64,000 bases of DNA from a phage. Below the pieces are notes generated by a model, which saw only the letters and a list, made by a program, of their open reading frames with translations, searched no databases and was not told the DNA's origin. The stretch is from the sequence record PZ496580.1, one strand, 5' to 3'. A program made the position numbers and the translations under genes. Positions within the stretch are counted from its first letter, which is position 1, and each line of letters begins with the position of its first letter. This document shows, piece after piece, positions 40,010 to 48,104 of this stretch.

Positions 40010-40211
40010 ATTCTAGTTCTCCGTAATACACGGTAATCCATTTTTCTTCATACTTTGTATCTTTCCAGCACACAATCCCGTTTACTGCGCAATCTTTGGA
40101 ATTGACGAATGATTCATATTGTTCTGCATCTTCCATCATTGCATGAGCGGTCTTTTCATCGAATATATCGCAGATCGCTTTATATGCTCGATAATCTTTA
40201 AATTTGCTCAT
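39996..40211 (-). CDS. Small protein, MSKFKDY family copy 1 (71 aa)
   Basis: MSKFKDYRAYKAICDIFDEKTAHAMMEDAEQ; tandem paralog of 40214-40423. Confidence 0.45.
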   Translation of the reverse strand: MSKFKDYRAYKAICDIFDEKTAHAMMEDAEQYESFVNSKDCAVNGIVCWKDTKYEEKWITVYYGELEYEIN

Positions 40212-40213
40212 AA

Positions 40214-40423
40214 TTAACACCATTCAAGAGTTTTTGAAAACACGTCTATCCATTGTTGAGTGTAGCATGTTTCTTTCCATGATACAATACGAGTAGAATA
40301 ATGGTTTTTGTTTCCAGAAAAGGACGGGCATTTTGATGCATCTTCCATCATCTTTTCGGCGAACTCTGGTTCGTATACCCGCAGGATCTGTTGATATGCT
40401 TTATAATCTTTAAATTTGCTCAT
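40214..40423 (-). CDS. Small protein, MSKFKDY family copy 2 (69 aa)
   Basis: MSKFKDYKAYQQILRVYEPEFAEKMMEDASK. Confidence 0.45.
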   Translation of the reverse strand: MSKFKDYKAYQQILRVYEPEFAEKMMEDASKCPSFSGNKNHYSTRIVSWKETCYTQQWIDVFSKTLEWC

Positions 40424-40688
40424 AATTGTTAACTACCTTATCAGCTTCTTTTATTGTTTTTACATCAACTGCGATAATCCGTAAAGGTTCGTCGAAGGTC
40501 CACCAATGATCGTGAATATCAGCTTGTGATTTATCACCAAAGGAATCACGAATATCATTTTTACATTTATAGCTAATATGGCCTTCATAGTCAACATAAA
40601 GGTAATTATCGAAAATCGGCGTTTTTAAGATCATACCGAAAAATCTTTCTTTGTGTGTCTTATCCAGCGTTGCAGTAATTCGCATCAT
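40410..40688 (-). CDS. Small protein, HxHW family member D (92 aa)
   Basis: YLYVDYEG ... DIHDHWW ... RIIAVDV. Confidence 0.5.
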   Translation of the reverse strand: MMRITATLDKTHKERFFGMILKTPIFDNYLYVDYEGHISYKCKNDIRDSFGDKSQADIHDHWWTFDEPLRIIAVDVKTIKEADKVVNNYEQI

Positions 40689-40700
40689 AATATATTCCTC

Positions 40701-40880
40701 TTAGAAAGGGATGGTCATTTCTTGAGCTTGTACATTCTCATTAGGATTAAACTTCATCCAGCCGATATTGTCTACCAGCATATGCACATTTTTATCATAT
40801 CCTACGTGGGTAGTCAATACTGTATGTGCTTTACCTTCAATTATGAGTTCCATGTACTTCTGAACTTCGATAGCTTTCAT
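40701..40880 (-). CDS. Small ORF (59 aa)
   Basis: MKAIEVQKYMELIIEGKAH...; ATG after promoter cassette 40913-40941; below track cutoff. Confidence 0.35.
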   Translation of the reverse strand: MKAIEVQKYMELIIEGKAHTVLTTHVGYDKNVHMLVDNIGWMKFNPNENVQAQEMTIPF

Positions 40881-40912
40881 TTTGATTCTCCGTTTGTTGT
40901 CTTGATGGGAGT

Positions 40913-40941
40913 ATCTTACTACTCCCTTTAATCATTGTCAA
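40913..40941 (-). promoter_or_regulatory. Early promoter cassette (variant, stem-loop overlapping -10 TAAGAT)
   Basis: TTGACA-N17-TAAGAT with GGGAGTAGTAAGATACTCCC palindrome. Confidence 0.5.
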
Positions 40942-40944
40942 CTA

Positions 40945-41112
40945 TTATTTGTTAATTTCTGGTGCGTTGCTCGGATAGTAACCTTCTTTAACACCCAGAT
41001 ATTTTGCAACCATTCCGGTGATCTTCTGTGCTACTACGATATCGAATTTCAGGTAGTCTTCACCGTGGTTTGCTACAATGTATGCTTCGCATTCTGCTTT
41101 AGTCTGGAACAT
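40945..41112 (-). CDS. Small protein (55 aa), paralog of 37191-37358
   Basis: MFQTKAECEAYIVANHGEDYLKFDIVVAQKITGMVAKYLGVKEGYYPSNAPEINK. Confidence 0.45.
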   Translation of the reverse strand: MFQTKAECEAYIVANHGEDYLKFDIVVAQKITGMVAKYLGVKEGYYPSNAPEINK

Positions 41113-41147
41113 TTTTTGATTCTCCTATATCTCGTTGGTATGTGTGC

Positions 41148-41176
41148 ATTATAGGGGATCACCGATCCCCTGTCAA
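41148..41176 (-). promoter_or_regulatory. Early promoter cassette (PeSL-type)
   Basis: Core is a reverse-complement copy of 34838-34866 (spacer GGGGATCGGTGATCCCC). Confidence 0.7.
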
Positions 41177-41181
41177 CAACT

Positions 41182-41475
41182 TTATAATGCTTTATATGCG
41201 TATTTCATAAATTTGTCTGCCACTTCATTGGCATGTTCAGCTTCTACGCCTGATTCGAGAACAATAGCTAGGTCGGTTTCGTCATTCCCGCCGTACCAAT
41301 GATTTGATGTTCGATTTTTTTCAATTGGAAATTGGTCACTTTTATCTGTGCGACAAAATACATCTAAATGCTCGTCGATGTAAAAGATCCAATCTTCATA
41401 AAGAATAACGGTATTAGCCAGATTTTTATTGCCTTCAACGAAAGGTTCGGCTACAAACAAATTAGTATGTTCCAT
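41182..41475 (-). CDS. Small protein, divergent HxHW-family member F (97 aa)
   Basis: ILYEDWIFYIDEHLD ... NHWYGG ... LAIVLE; start at MEHTNL with SD GAGGAA. Confidence 0.4.
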   Translation of the reverse strand: MEHTNLFVAEPFVEGNKNLANTVILYEDWIFYIDEHLDVFCRTDKSDQFPIEKNRTSNHWYGGNDETDLAIVLESGVEAEHANEVADKFMKYAYKAL

Positions 41476-41491
41476 AACAATTTCCTCAAAA

Positions 41492-41683
41492 TTATACAAC
41501 TTCGTAAACTTCCCAATGTTCAGCGCCAGCACGCTTAACGAAAAGGTTTTCTTTGATGTTATTCATAAACGTATGAATGGATTTAATGCGGTTGGAAGGT
41601 TTCCAGTCTTCGTTAGCATTGCGGCGATACATTATAACATTACCAGATCGCTTATATTCAGCAACCATTTTAAGACCACACAT
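41492..41683 (-). CDS. Hypothetical basic protein (63 aa)
   Basis: ORF with SD GAGGAT. Confidence 0.4.
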   Translation of the reverse strand: MCGLKMVAEYKRSGNVIMYRRNANEDWKPSNRIKSIHTFMNNIKENLFVKRAGAEHWEVYEVV

Positions 41684-41740
41684 AATATTATCCTCAATTT
41701 GTGGGAGAGTATTACCCCTCCCGATGTTTGTTATATTACA

Positions 41741-42061
41741 TTACACAAAATGGCGTGTCAATGCTTCTTTTGCTGTTCCGCTAAGACTTTCGATCTCGCC
41801 TGGCATAACATCAACTGCCAGAACTTCTACAACATCCTCGGACCCTAACCAGTGAGTATGACCTTTGTAGAACTTGATGACCAGACTACCTTCCTCGTCC
41901 CATTTAACGCTATCGCTAGCCCACCACACATCACCGTCGATAAAGTTGATGTAAAGCACACTACGCCACATTGAATTAATTACTTTCAATACTGCGCCTT
42001 TCATCTCTTCCACGGTATGGTCTTCCATTTTGAAGACCTCACCTACCTGAACTTTTGCCAT
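41741..42061 (-). CDS. Small protein, HxHW family member E (106 aa)
   Basis: VLYINFIDGD ... KGHTHW ... VEVLAVDV. Confidence 0.5.
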   Translation of the reverse strand: MAKVQVGEVFKMEDHTVEEMKGAVLKVINSMWRSVLYINFIDGDVWWASDSVKWDEEGSLVIKFYKGHTHWLGSEDVVEVLAVDVMPGEIESLSGTAKEALTRHFV

Positions 42062-42081
42062 TTAGTTTTACCTCTCGTTAA

Positions 42082-42261
42082 TTACATTACGATCACGCCA
42101 GCCGTTGAAAGTTGATGTTTCAACTGAGCATTTTCTGCTACCGTCAAATCAATGATTTCTTGTGACGCTGCAATCATATAGCCATTGGTGATATTGTTTT
42201 GCATCAGTTCAATGGTTTCTTCGTTGTAGCGGATTTTAGCGATGATTTCGTTGAAGTTCAT
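42082..42261 (-). CDS. Hypothetical protein (59 aa)
   Basis: ATG behind promoter cassette 42296-42324. Confidence 0.4.
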   Translation of the reverse strand: MNFNEIIAKIRYNEETIELMQNNITNGYMIAASQEIIDLTVAENAQLKHQLSTAGVIVM

Positions 42262-42295
42262 AATTGATTCTCCTAGTTCGTTTCGGTATGTGTGT

Positions 42296-42324
42296 AGTAT
42301 AGGGGATCGGTGATCCCCTGTCAA
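42296..42324 (-). promoter_or_regulatory. Early promoter cassette (PeSL-type)
   Basis: TTGACA-GGGGATCACCGATCCCC-TATACT. Confidence 0.65.
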
Positions 42325-42337
42325 CAACTTTTTTGAA

Positions 42338-42814
42338 TTATTTTTCTTGATGCTCGCGCTCGTACTTTTCGAAATAAAATTCTACTGGCTGGTCGTGGAT
42401 TGAAAGCAAGCCAAAGCGTTTAGCCGCTCGTAATCCCATATTGCGCTGAATGTACTTCTGGAAGTTCTCGCGTATACACTTACGCCAGTATTCTAAGCCC
42501 ATACAGCTTTTATAAAGATTGCATTGCACACATGCCGGATTCATGTTATCAAGTATATCATGCTCCGGTTTATGCATTCCTACAACCTTATACTTCCACG
42601 ATCCATCATCGTTACGGGAAATGCGCCCATTTTCATCATAGACTACTTTTGAGCGTCGTAATACTGGTTTGATATGATCCGCGTGCCAGCGTTCTCCTAG
42701 TACCTCTCCGCAATAGGCACAACGTCCACCGTATTTCATTTTCAGGATCTGGCGTTGCTCTTTCTTTGACAATTTTTTAGGTTTAGGGGCTTTCGCCCCT
42801 TCATTATCACACAT
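42338..42814 (-). CDS. HNH endonuclease
   Basis: CAYCG...HADHIKP...NMNPACVQCN HNH motif; overlaps the ligase 3' end by 8 nt. Confidence 0.7.
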   Translation of the reverse strand: MCDNEGAKAPKPKKLSKKEQRQILKMKYGGRCAYCGEVLGERWHADHIKPVLRRSKVVYDENGRISRNDDGSWKYKVVGMHKPEHDILDNMNPACVQCNLYKSCMGLEYWRKCIRENFQKYIQRNMGLRAAKRFGLLSIHDQPVEFYFEKYEREHQEK

Positions 42815-44309
42815 CGAATACCTCTTTTACTGTATTTGCAGTGGTCTTGTCGTAGCGAATACGTTTGATGATCGGGAGAAATAAAGAGAACTCCGGTTCA
42901 TCTTCTTTACGTGATTTGCTGCGGATATACCCGTTGCATGTCATCTCAATGACTTTTCCGATCAGGTTATGACGGTCAGCCCATAACATTTCTCGGTCAA
43001 GTTCATTTCGACGATCGAACGGAATTACACGTTCAATACCATCATCACCTTTTTCGGTTGTGGTGTCGGTCAATCCCGATCCGGTGTTAGTCATCATTCG
43101 TCCGCACGCACTACGGACAGTAAAACCGCCTACCTTATTAGGATCTTTACTATGCGGATATACATCAACAATTTCCGCGTCGAAGTCAATCACTTCTTTA
43201 AATTTAACCTGATCTTTACTGCGACGATCTTCAAATACACCATGTAAATTTTTAAGGATAATACCTTCTAAGCCCATGTTTACATAGCGATGATATACTT
43301 CGCGAGCTTCATCTATATTGTTAACTACAGTGTTTTCGATTATCTGAACACGAGGATCGTTAAGTTCTTCAACAATCTGTTTTAGTTCTTCGAATCGATC
43401 TTTATATTGCTTCGTTGCTTTCTCGTTTCCGTAATACACATCACGGTCGATAACATCCCAGACAGTGTAAACAATACATTGGGCTTCTTCTTTTGGAATA
43501 GTTCCTTTCAGTGATTTGTTGAGGATGCCATTTCCGGTCTGACGATCTGCAACAACGGATTCTTTCACTGCTTCCGCTACTGGCGTTAATGGCATTTCCT
43601 CTTCTTCAAATATCCATGACAGAGTACCGTCATAAACGCTCTCAACGAAGTTCTGCGCTGGTGTTTGCGAAAGGGTAGGCATATATACCAATTCGCCATC
43701 TAGAACAATTCCACGTCCTCGTAGACGCTCTAAAACCGCAAACAAATCATCAAGCCCCTGATAGGTATTACCTGAACGGGTATAGATTGCTAATGTTTCC
43801 CCGTCAATATCAGCCATACCACGAGCGCCATCGCTTTTAAGTTGTGCATATGCAGGATATTTGATATTAGCAATGGCCTTATCAGAATATGACGATGCAA
43901 GGTGGCACGGTTGCTGGGGGATCAGTTTCTTCCATACCTTGTTTGCAGTGGTAGCGGAACAACCGCATTCCAGGTCACGATTCAGGACCATCATTGCAAC
44001 TTTAGCATCATCTTCTGACAAGCAAGTCAGAGTATCGGTAACTAGCTGTAATGCTGCATTGCCAGTTACTTGACGTGTGGCAAGTTTATTTTTAAAGACT
44101 TGTAATGCACCGGATAAAGACAATACAGACGAATATCGCGATGGTTTATCGTATTTCTTTACGCCAAACGTAACCTGTTTGCAATATGCCAGATAAAAGC
44201 ATTCTTTCAGAGTGTCATTGCTTGCTGATTCTTTCAGGATCTTTTCTTTCAGCGATGTTTTGTCTGTTGCTGCAAGCTGATTAATGATATTAAGAATTGA
44301 CATTTTCAC
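42807..44309 (-). CDS. 30: ATP-dependent DNA ligase (gp30)
   Basis: 500 aa; adenylation motif AQLKSDGAR and overall similarity to T4 ligase. Confidence 0.9.
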   Translation of the reverse strand: MKMSILNIINQLAATDKTSLKEKILKESASNDTLKECFYLAYCKQVTFGVKKYDKPSRYSSVLSLSGALQVFKNKLATRQVTGNAALQLVTDTLTCLSEDDAKVAMMVLNRDLECGCSATTANKVWKKLIPQQPCHLASSYSDKAIANIKYPAYAQLKSDGARGMADIDGETLAIYTRSGNTYQGLDDLFAVLERLRGRGIVLDGELVYMPTLSQTPAQNFVESVYDGTLSWIFEEEEMPLTPVAEAVKESVVADRQTGNGILNKSLKGTIPKEEAQCIVYTVWDVIDRDVYYGNEKATKQYKDRFEELKQIVEELNDPRVQIIENTVVNNIDEAREVYHRYVNMGLEGIILKNLHGVFEDRRSKDQVKFKEVIDFDAEIVDVYPHSKDPNKVGGFTVRSACGRMMTNTGSGLTDTTTEKGDDGIERVIPFDRRNELDREMLWADRHNLIGKVIEMTCNGYIRSKSRKEDEPEFSLFLPIIKRIRYDKTTANTVKEVFDV

Positions 44310-44769
44310 CTCGTTTTGTTAAACGTTCACGAATATCATTGAGGATACTACAAAATTCTGATTCGGTCAATATGGTCTTTAACGGATCAGTTCCACCTAT
44401 GCTATGACGTAATTTCTTATTTCCGGTAGCGAGTAACGCTTTACAAAATTCCGGGTTATTCCTTGCCATCGTAACAAATGCCAGATGTACCAGTCTGTAA
44501 TAATGCTCACTCATTCGATGAATCGGGCGACCCTGAAAATATAACATGTGATTCTCTATCTTTTCAGTCCTTCCGGTTCTTTTTGCTTTGCCACCGTACA
44601 TCAAAAAGATTTCTCTTTGTCTCTGAGGGTTCTTAAATCTTAGCCCCTGTAAAAATCCTTCTGTGCTGTTAATATCGCAACCAAATAGACGGAATGGTCT
44701 TTTATTGAAATTACTCAATTCACCAGATGGATAAGGTCCACCCGCATAGATATCAATTTCAGAAGTCAT
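44290..44769 (-). CDS. NADAR / YbiA-like domain protein
   Basis: GELSNF ... EFCKALLATGNKKLRH resemble E. coli YbiA (GDFSNF ... ELRALLLAT) landmarks. Confidence 0.55.
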   Translation of the reverse strand: MTSEIDIYAGGPYPSGELSNFNKRPFRLFGCDINSTEGFLQGLRFKNPQRQREIFLMYGGKAKRTGRTEKIENHMLYFQGRPIHRMSEHYYRLVHLAFVTMARNNPEFCKALLATGNKKLRHSIGGTDPLKTILTESEFCSILNDIRERLTKRGENVNS

Positions 44770-45006
44770 TGAAACTAATCTCGCTAATCAGAGAGAACGG
44801 ATCATAATCGTCATGAGGAATATCGATAGTAATCGAATGAGGATTTACCCATACACCAAACTGGTCTTCTTCGGTGAATACTTCGGTATGGATTTCGTGG
44901 ATGTTTACATTCATAGTTTTCATAATAAAAATTCCTTAATAATCAATAACTTACAAAATCATATAGCCAAAATATAGGCGGGATTATTACCCGCCGTTTA
45001 AAATCA

Positions 45007-45330
45007 TTAACCGTAAACTACCACAATATTCTGTTTGTGCGTTACAGTCCATTTCAGGTCGATCTCTTCTTCCTTCTTAACGCCGTTAATAACGTCTGGA
45101 TGAGGAACTTTATTCATCTTTCCATGTGGCAGTAGAACAGTTTTACCCAGCAATTCTTTATCTACCGTTTCACCAATATCAATAATCTTACCTACCAGCG
45201 GAATCTCGCCCATAGTGCGCTTTTGCTCAATAATGATCCCCATAGAGCTTTTTACTTCGGTCCCTGCGCTTTCTGCTTTAGCTTCGATAATTACATAATC
45301 ACCAAGTGCTTTAGGAGTTTTAACGGTCAT
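45007..45330 (-). CDS. 31: Co-chaperonin (gp31, GroES-like)
   Basis: 107 aa; GDYVII ... KVPHP match T4 gp31 landmarks; synteny. Confidence 0.75.
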   Translation of the reverse strand: MTVKTPKALGDYVIIEAKAESAGTEVKSSMGIIIEQKRTMGEIPLVGKIIDIGETVDKELLGKTVLLPHGKMNKVPHPDVINGVKKEEEIDLKWTVTHKQNIVVVYG

Positions 45331-45371
45331 AATTTTATTACCTCTTCAAATCAATACAGTTTAATGATGAA

Positions 45372-45686
45372 TTATTTATAAATTTCGACGATCTGCGCTG
45401 GCGTCAATCCGTCTACATGAATCAGGCTATCAAGACCAAAACTACGAAAACCTTCAACTGCAATTTCATATACTGGCAAAGATGTTTCTGATTCTTTACG
45501 CGGTTTTTCAACATTCGGAACTAACCATTTTTCGTATGTTTCGAAAGGCATCAGTGCCGGATCTCGCGTGGCGATCATCTCGCGGACAGTACCATCTTTC
45601 TTAGTAAACTGCAAAGAGTGAGTACCGACCGAAAACATTTTCTTTAGTGCTTCACGAAGTGCGATATTATCAATTTGTTCAGTCAT
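45372..45686 (-). CDS. Hypothetical protein (104 aa)
   Basis: ORF between cd and 31; start at MTEQID. Confidence 0.45.
   Translation of the reverse strand: MTEQIDNIALREALKKMFSVGTHSLQFTKKDGTVREMIATRDPALMPFETYEKWLVPNVEKPRKESETSLPVYEIAVEGFRSFGLDSLIHVDGLTPAQIVEIYK
45373..45380 (-). promoter_or_regulatory. Possible late promoter (TATAAATA on minus strand) upstream of gene 31
   Basis: Plus-strand TATTTATA about 43 nt upstream of the gp31 ATG. Confidence 0.3.
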
Positions 45687-46185
45687 TATCAATACCCTTC
45701 AAATCAGTCAATAATGCTTTTGGAATACGCGTGATCGTAATATCTGCATTATTCAGAATATCAGCCCAATCACGCCCACCATTTCGATCATATGTGTCGC
45801 AATAGTATAGATGTTTAATTCCACTGTTTGCAATTGCTTTAGCGCAATCTGGACACGGTGAAGCAGTACACCACATACTAGCGCCTTCAATCGATACACC
45901 GCTACGGGCAGCAAACAAAATAGCATTTAATTCAGCATGGATCTCGTTTTTCTGTGACCATGCACTATGTTCTGGTCGTTTTTCTGGGATCATTTTGCCG
46001 TCATCATCCAGCCAACCGCTTTTATGTGCATGACAGCTACAATTTACTTGCCCTGCTGGAGTGCCGTTAAATCCAGTAGAAATGATTCGCCCGTCTTTTT
46101 CAATTAGTGCGCCTACCTTCCACGAAACGCATTTAGAGTTCTTTGCGATTAGATAGGCGATCTGCATGTAAGTTTGTGACAACAT
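45679..46185 (-). CDS. cd: dCMP deaminase
   Basis: HAELNAI and CTASPCPDCAKAI zinc-binding motifs. Confidence 0.85.
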   Translation of the reverse strand: MLSQTYMQIAYLIAKNSKCVSWKVGALIEKDGRIISTGFNGTPAGQVNCSCHAHKSGWLDDDGKMIPEKRPEHSAWSQKNEIHAELNAILFAARSGVSIEGASMWCTASPCPDCAKAIANSGIKHLYYCDTYDRNGGRDWADILNNADITITRIPKALLTDLKGIDND

Positions 46186-46206
46186 AATATAATCCTCACA
46201 TATTAA

Positions 46207-46410
46207 TTAACCGTATACGCGAAAGTATTCTACCGATCCGTCGCTATACTGTTTTACATTGAATGTATTCACACCATGATCATTGCTCATAATGACATAT
46301 ACACTGCGACGCTCATCACCAAACGGGTTAACTGGTGCGGGTTCAATTTCAACATTAAAACCACGTTTAGCAAGTGCTTCGCCTAATTGCTTGAGTTTAT
46401 CGGTAAACAT
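46207..46410 (-). CDS. Hypothetical protein (67 aa)
   Basis: ORF between pseT and cd. Confidence 0.4.
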   Translation of the reverse strand: MFTDKLKQLGEALAKRGFNVEIEPAPVNPFGDERRSVYVIMSNDHGVNTFNVKQYSDGSVEYFRVYG

Positions 46411-47288
46411 TAAAAGTCTCCGTAGTTAACCTGAAAACATTCTACACCAATTGAGCGGTACATGTCAACCACTTGATCACGGTCATCTACTGCCAAAACA
46501 ACATGATAACGCGGTGCAATTTCAGAGAAGAAAATCTCTTTCTTTACTTCATGATCAGGACGACGATCATTAGTTTCACGCTGGAAGTGATCGCTAGGTT
46601 CAATACCCTGTTCACGCAGCCATTGCAGAGTATCTTCTTCGCAAACATCCTCACGCCCTGAGCATGTAATGATACGATAACCATTATCACGATACAGTTT
46701 AAGCATTTCGATCACTTGCGGACGCGGTTTATCTTCTTTGACCTTTGTCCAGTCAAACGGATGACGACCGCCCTTATCCGCTAATGTACCATCAATATCA
46801 AAGATCACTGCCTTTGGCAGCATGGTATTAGGTTTGTATACTTCTTGACCCATATATTCCTGCATCAGATAAAATTGGTTACGCAAATGAGATAGCGGAA
46901 TTGCTTTCTCTCCGCGATAGAAATTACGTTTCTTTAGTGTCTCAAACGGTTCATTGAACACTTGTTCAGTATACACCGCGTTAAATTCTTTTGCAAGTTC
47001 TTTGTAGAATACACGATGTTTTTCTTTCAGGTTGGTATCAGAGATAATGATACTCAATCCGCGTGATAGAGTCTCACGAGCAATCATTCTCTGAATAGAC
47101 TCTACCAGCTTTTCTTTTTCCTTAGTATACTTGTATTTCAAAAGTGAGTCAACACCAAACAACATAAGACGAAGATCATCACGATTCACATTACGATAAT
47201 TACTAAACCGTTTACATGTTTCCATAGCCCATGTAGTTTTACCGGACCCAGAACAACCAACGGTTAAAATCACTTCACATTTCGGCAT
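46410..47288 (-). CDS. pseT: Polynucleotide kinase / 3'-phosphatase (PseT)
   Basis: Kinase P-loop GCSGSGKTTW and phosphatase motif FDIDGTL; C-terminal GVECFQVNYGDF matches T4 Pnk; start at MPKCEV. Confidence 0.9.
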   Translation of the reverse strand: MPKCEVILTVGCSGSGKTTWAMETCKRFSNYRNVNRDDLRLMLFGVDSLLKYKYTKEKEKLVESIQRMIARETLSRGLSIIISDTNLKEKHRVFYKELAKEFNAVYTEQVFNEPFETLKKRNFYRGEKAIPLSHLRNQFYLMQEYMGQEVYKPNTMLPKAVIFDIDGTLADKGGRHPFDWTKVKEDKPRPQVIEMLKLYRDNGYRIITCSGREDVCEEDTLQWLREQGIEPSDHFQRETNDRRPDHEVKKEIFFSEIAPRYHVVLAVDDRDQVVDMYRSIGVECFQVNYGDF

Positions 47289-47740
47289 TATTTCTCCTTC
47301 GGTTTGCACCTTTCCTCATTAAGTTCTTTGCGATAATAACACATGATCATCTTACTTTCAAGTGTATATCTCTTAATATCCGCAAGCCAGACTCTGAATT
47401 TTTGGGAGTCCTCCCACGACATAGAAACTCTAGGTTTACCGTCTATTGTATCCACTTTCAGGTCAATGTCAACTTTTTCTATTGGTGCTGGTAGTGGTGG
47501 ATGTAATTTCGGTTCCTGTGAATAATGGTCCATTGTACACGAAGAAAGAGCAAATACAATAGGTACAGCGAAGACATGGATTATGGCGGTCTGAAAATTC
47601 TTATGTGCTTTCTTAAACATCCAGTGTATCACGAAAATTGAAAACACCATCAGGATAATAATGCTTGCACCTATCCCCAGATAATCAACCAGATTAAAAT
47701 TGCTTATCTGCTCTTGCGTAGGCAATATTTCTATGCTCAT
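47288..47740 (-). CDS. Membrane protein (150 aa)
   Basis: Two hydrophobic helices; TAATG coupling to pseT. Confidence 0.45.
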   Translation of the reverse strand: MSIEILPTQEQISNFNLVDYLGIGASIIILMVFSIFVIHWMFKKAHKNFQTAIIHVFAVPIVFALSSCTMDHYSQEPKLHPPLPAPIEKVDIDLKVDTIDGKPRVSMSWEDSQKFRVWLADIKRYTLESKMIMCYYRKELNEERCKPKEK

Positions 47741-48060
47741 TTAGTCGCCTCCTTTAATTCTTCGGTAAACTCCTTAAATGAATCATTAAGCTGTTTCTCT
47801 ACCAACTTGGGTTTTTGTGCTACTACATAGCCTCGTGTAGCGTCTTTCATTGCTTTGTTTTGTTCTTCTGCAAACTTAGTTCTTATTCCGTACATCTCCT
47901 TTTGCAGCGAGTCTACAATCTTCATCTTCTCATCTGTCTTTTTCTTATATTCTGTAAATTCCTGATTCAGTCGATCTACCTCCTTTTTATTTTCCCACCA
48001 CATATTGCCACCTACCCCCAGCAACACAGATATGATAACAATGTATATCAGCTTTGACAT
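47737..48060 (-). CDS. Membrane-anchored coiled-coil protein (about 107 aa)
   Basis: N-terminal TM segment; start at MSKLIY with SD GGGGGT. Confidence 0.4.
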   Translation of the reverse strand: MSKLIYIVIISVLLGVGGNMWWENKKEVDRLNQEFTEYKKKTDEKMKIVDSLQKEMYGIRTKFAEEQNKAMKDATRGYVVAQKPKLVEKQLNDSFKEFTEELKEATK

Positions 48061-48073
48061 ATTACCCCCAACG

Positions 48074-48098
48074 ACAAAAGGCGGGGAACTAGCCCCGC
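48074..48098 (-). terminator. Terminator after rnlA
   Basis: Minus-strand hairpin GCGGGGCTAGTTCCCCGC followed by CTTTTGT. Confidence 0.5.
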
Positions 48099-48104
48099 TT
48101 ATTA

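Noticed and set aside
34838-42324. Regularly recurring about 30 bp palindromic repeats that could be mistaken for a CRISPR array
   Set aside because: Repeats are not identical, spacing is irregular (about 250-700 bp), each sits at a fixed distance upstream of an ATG with a Shine-Dalgarno sequence, and they contain TTGACA/TATAAT hexamers; these are promoter cassettes, not CRISPR repeats.
44766-44923. Short ORF between gene 31 and the NADAR-like gene
   Set aside because: An ATG at 44923 with upstream A-rich sequence opens a short frame, but I could not determine its stop confidently by eye and it overlaps the NADAR-like gene start in another frame; left unannotated.
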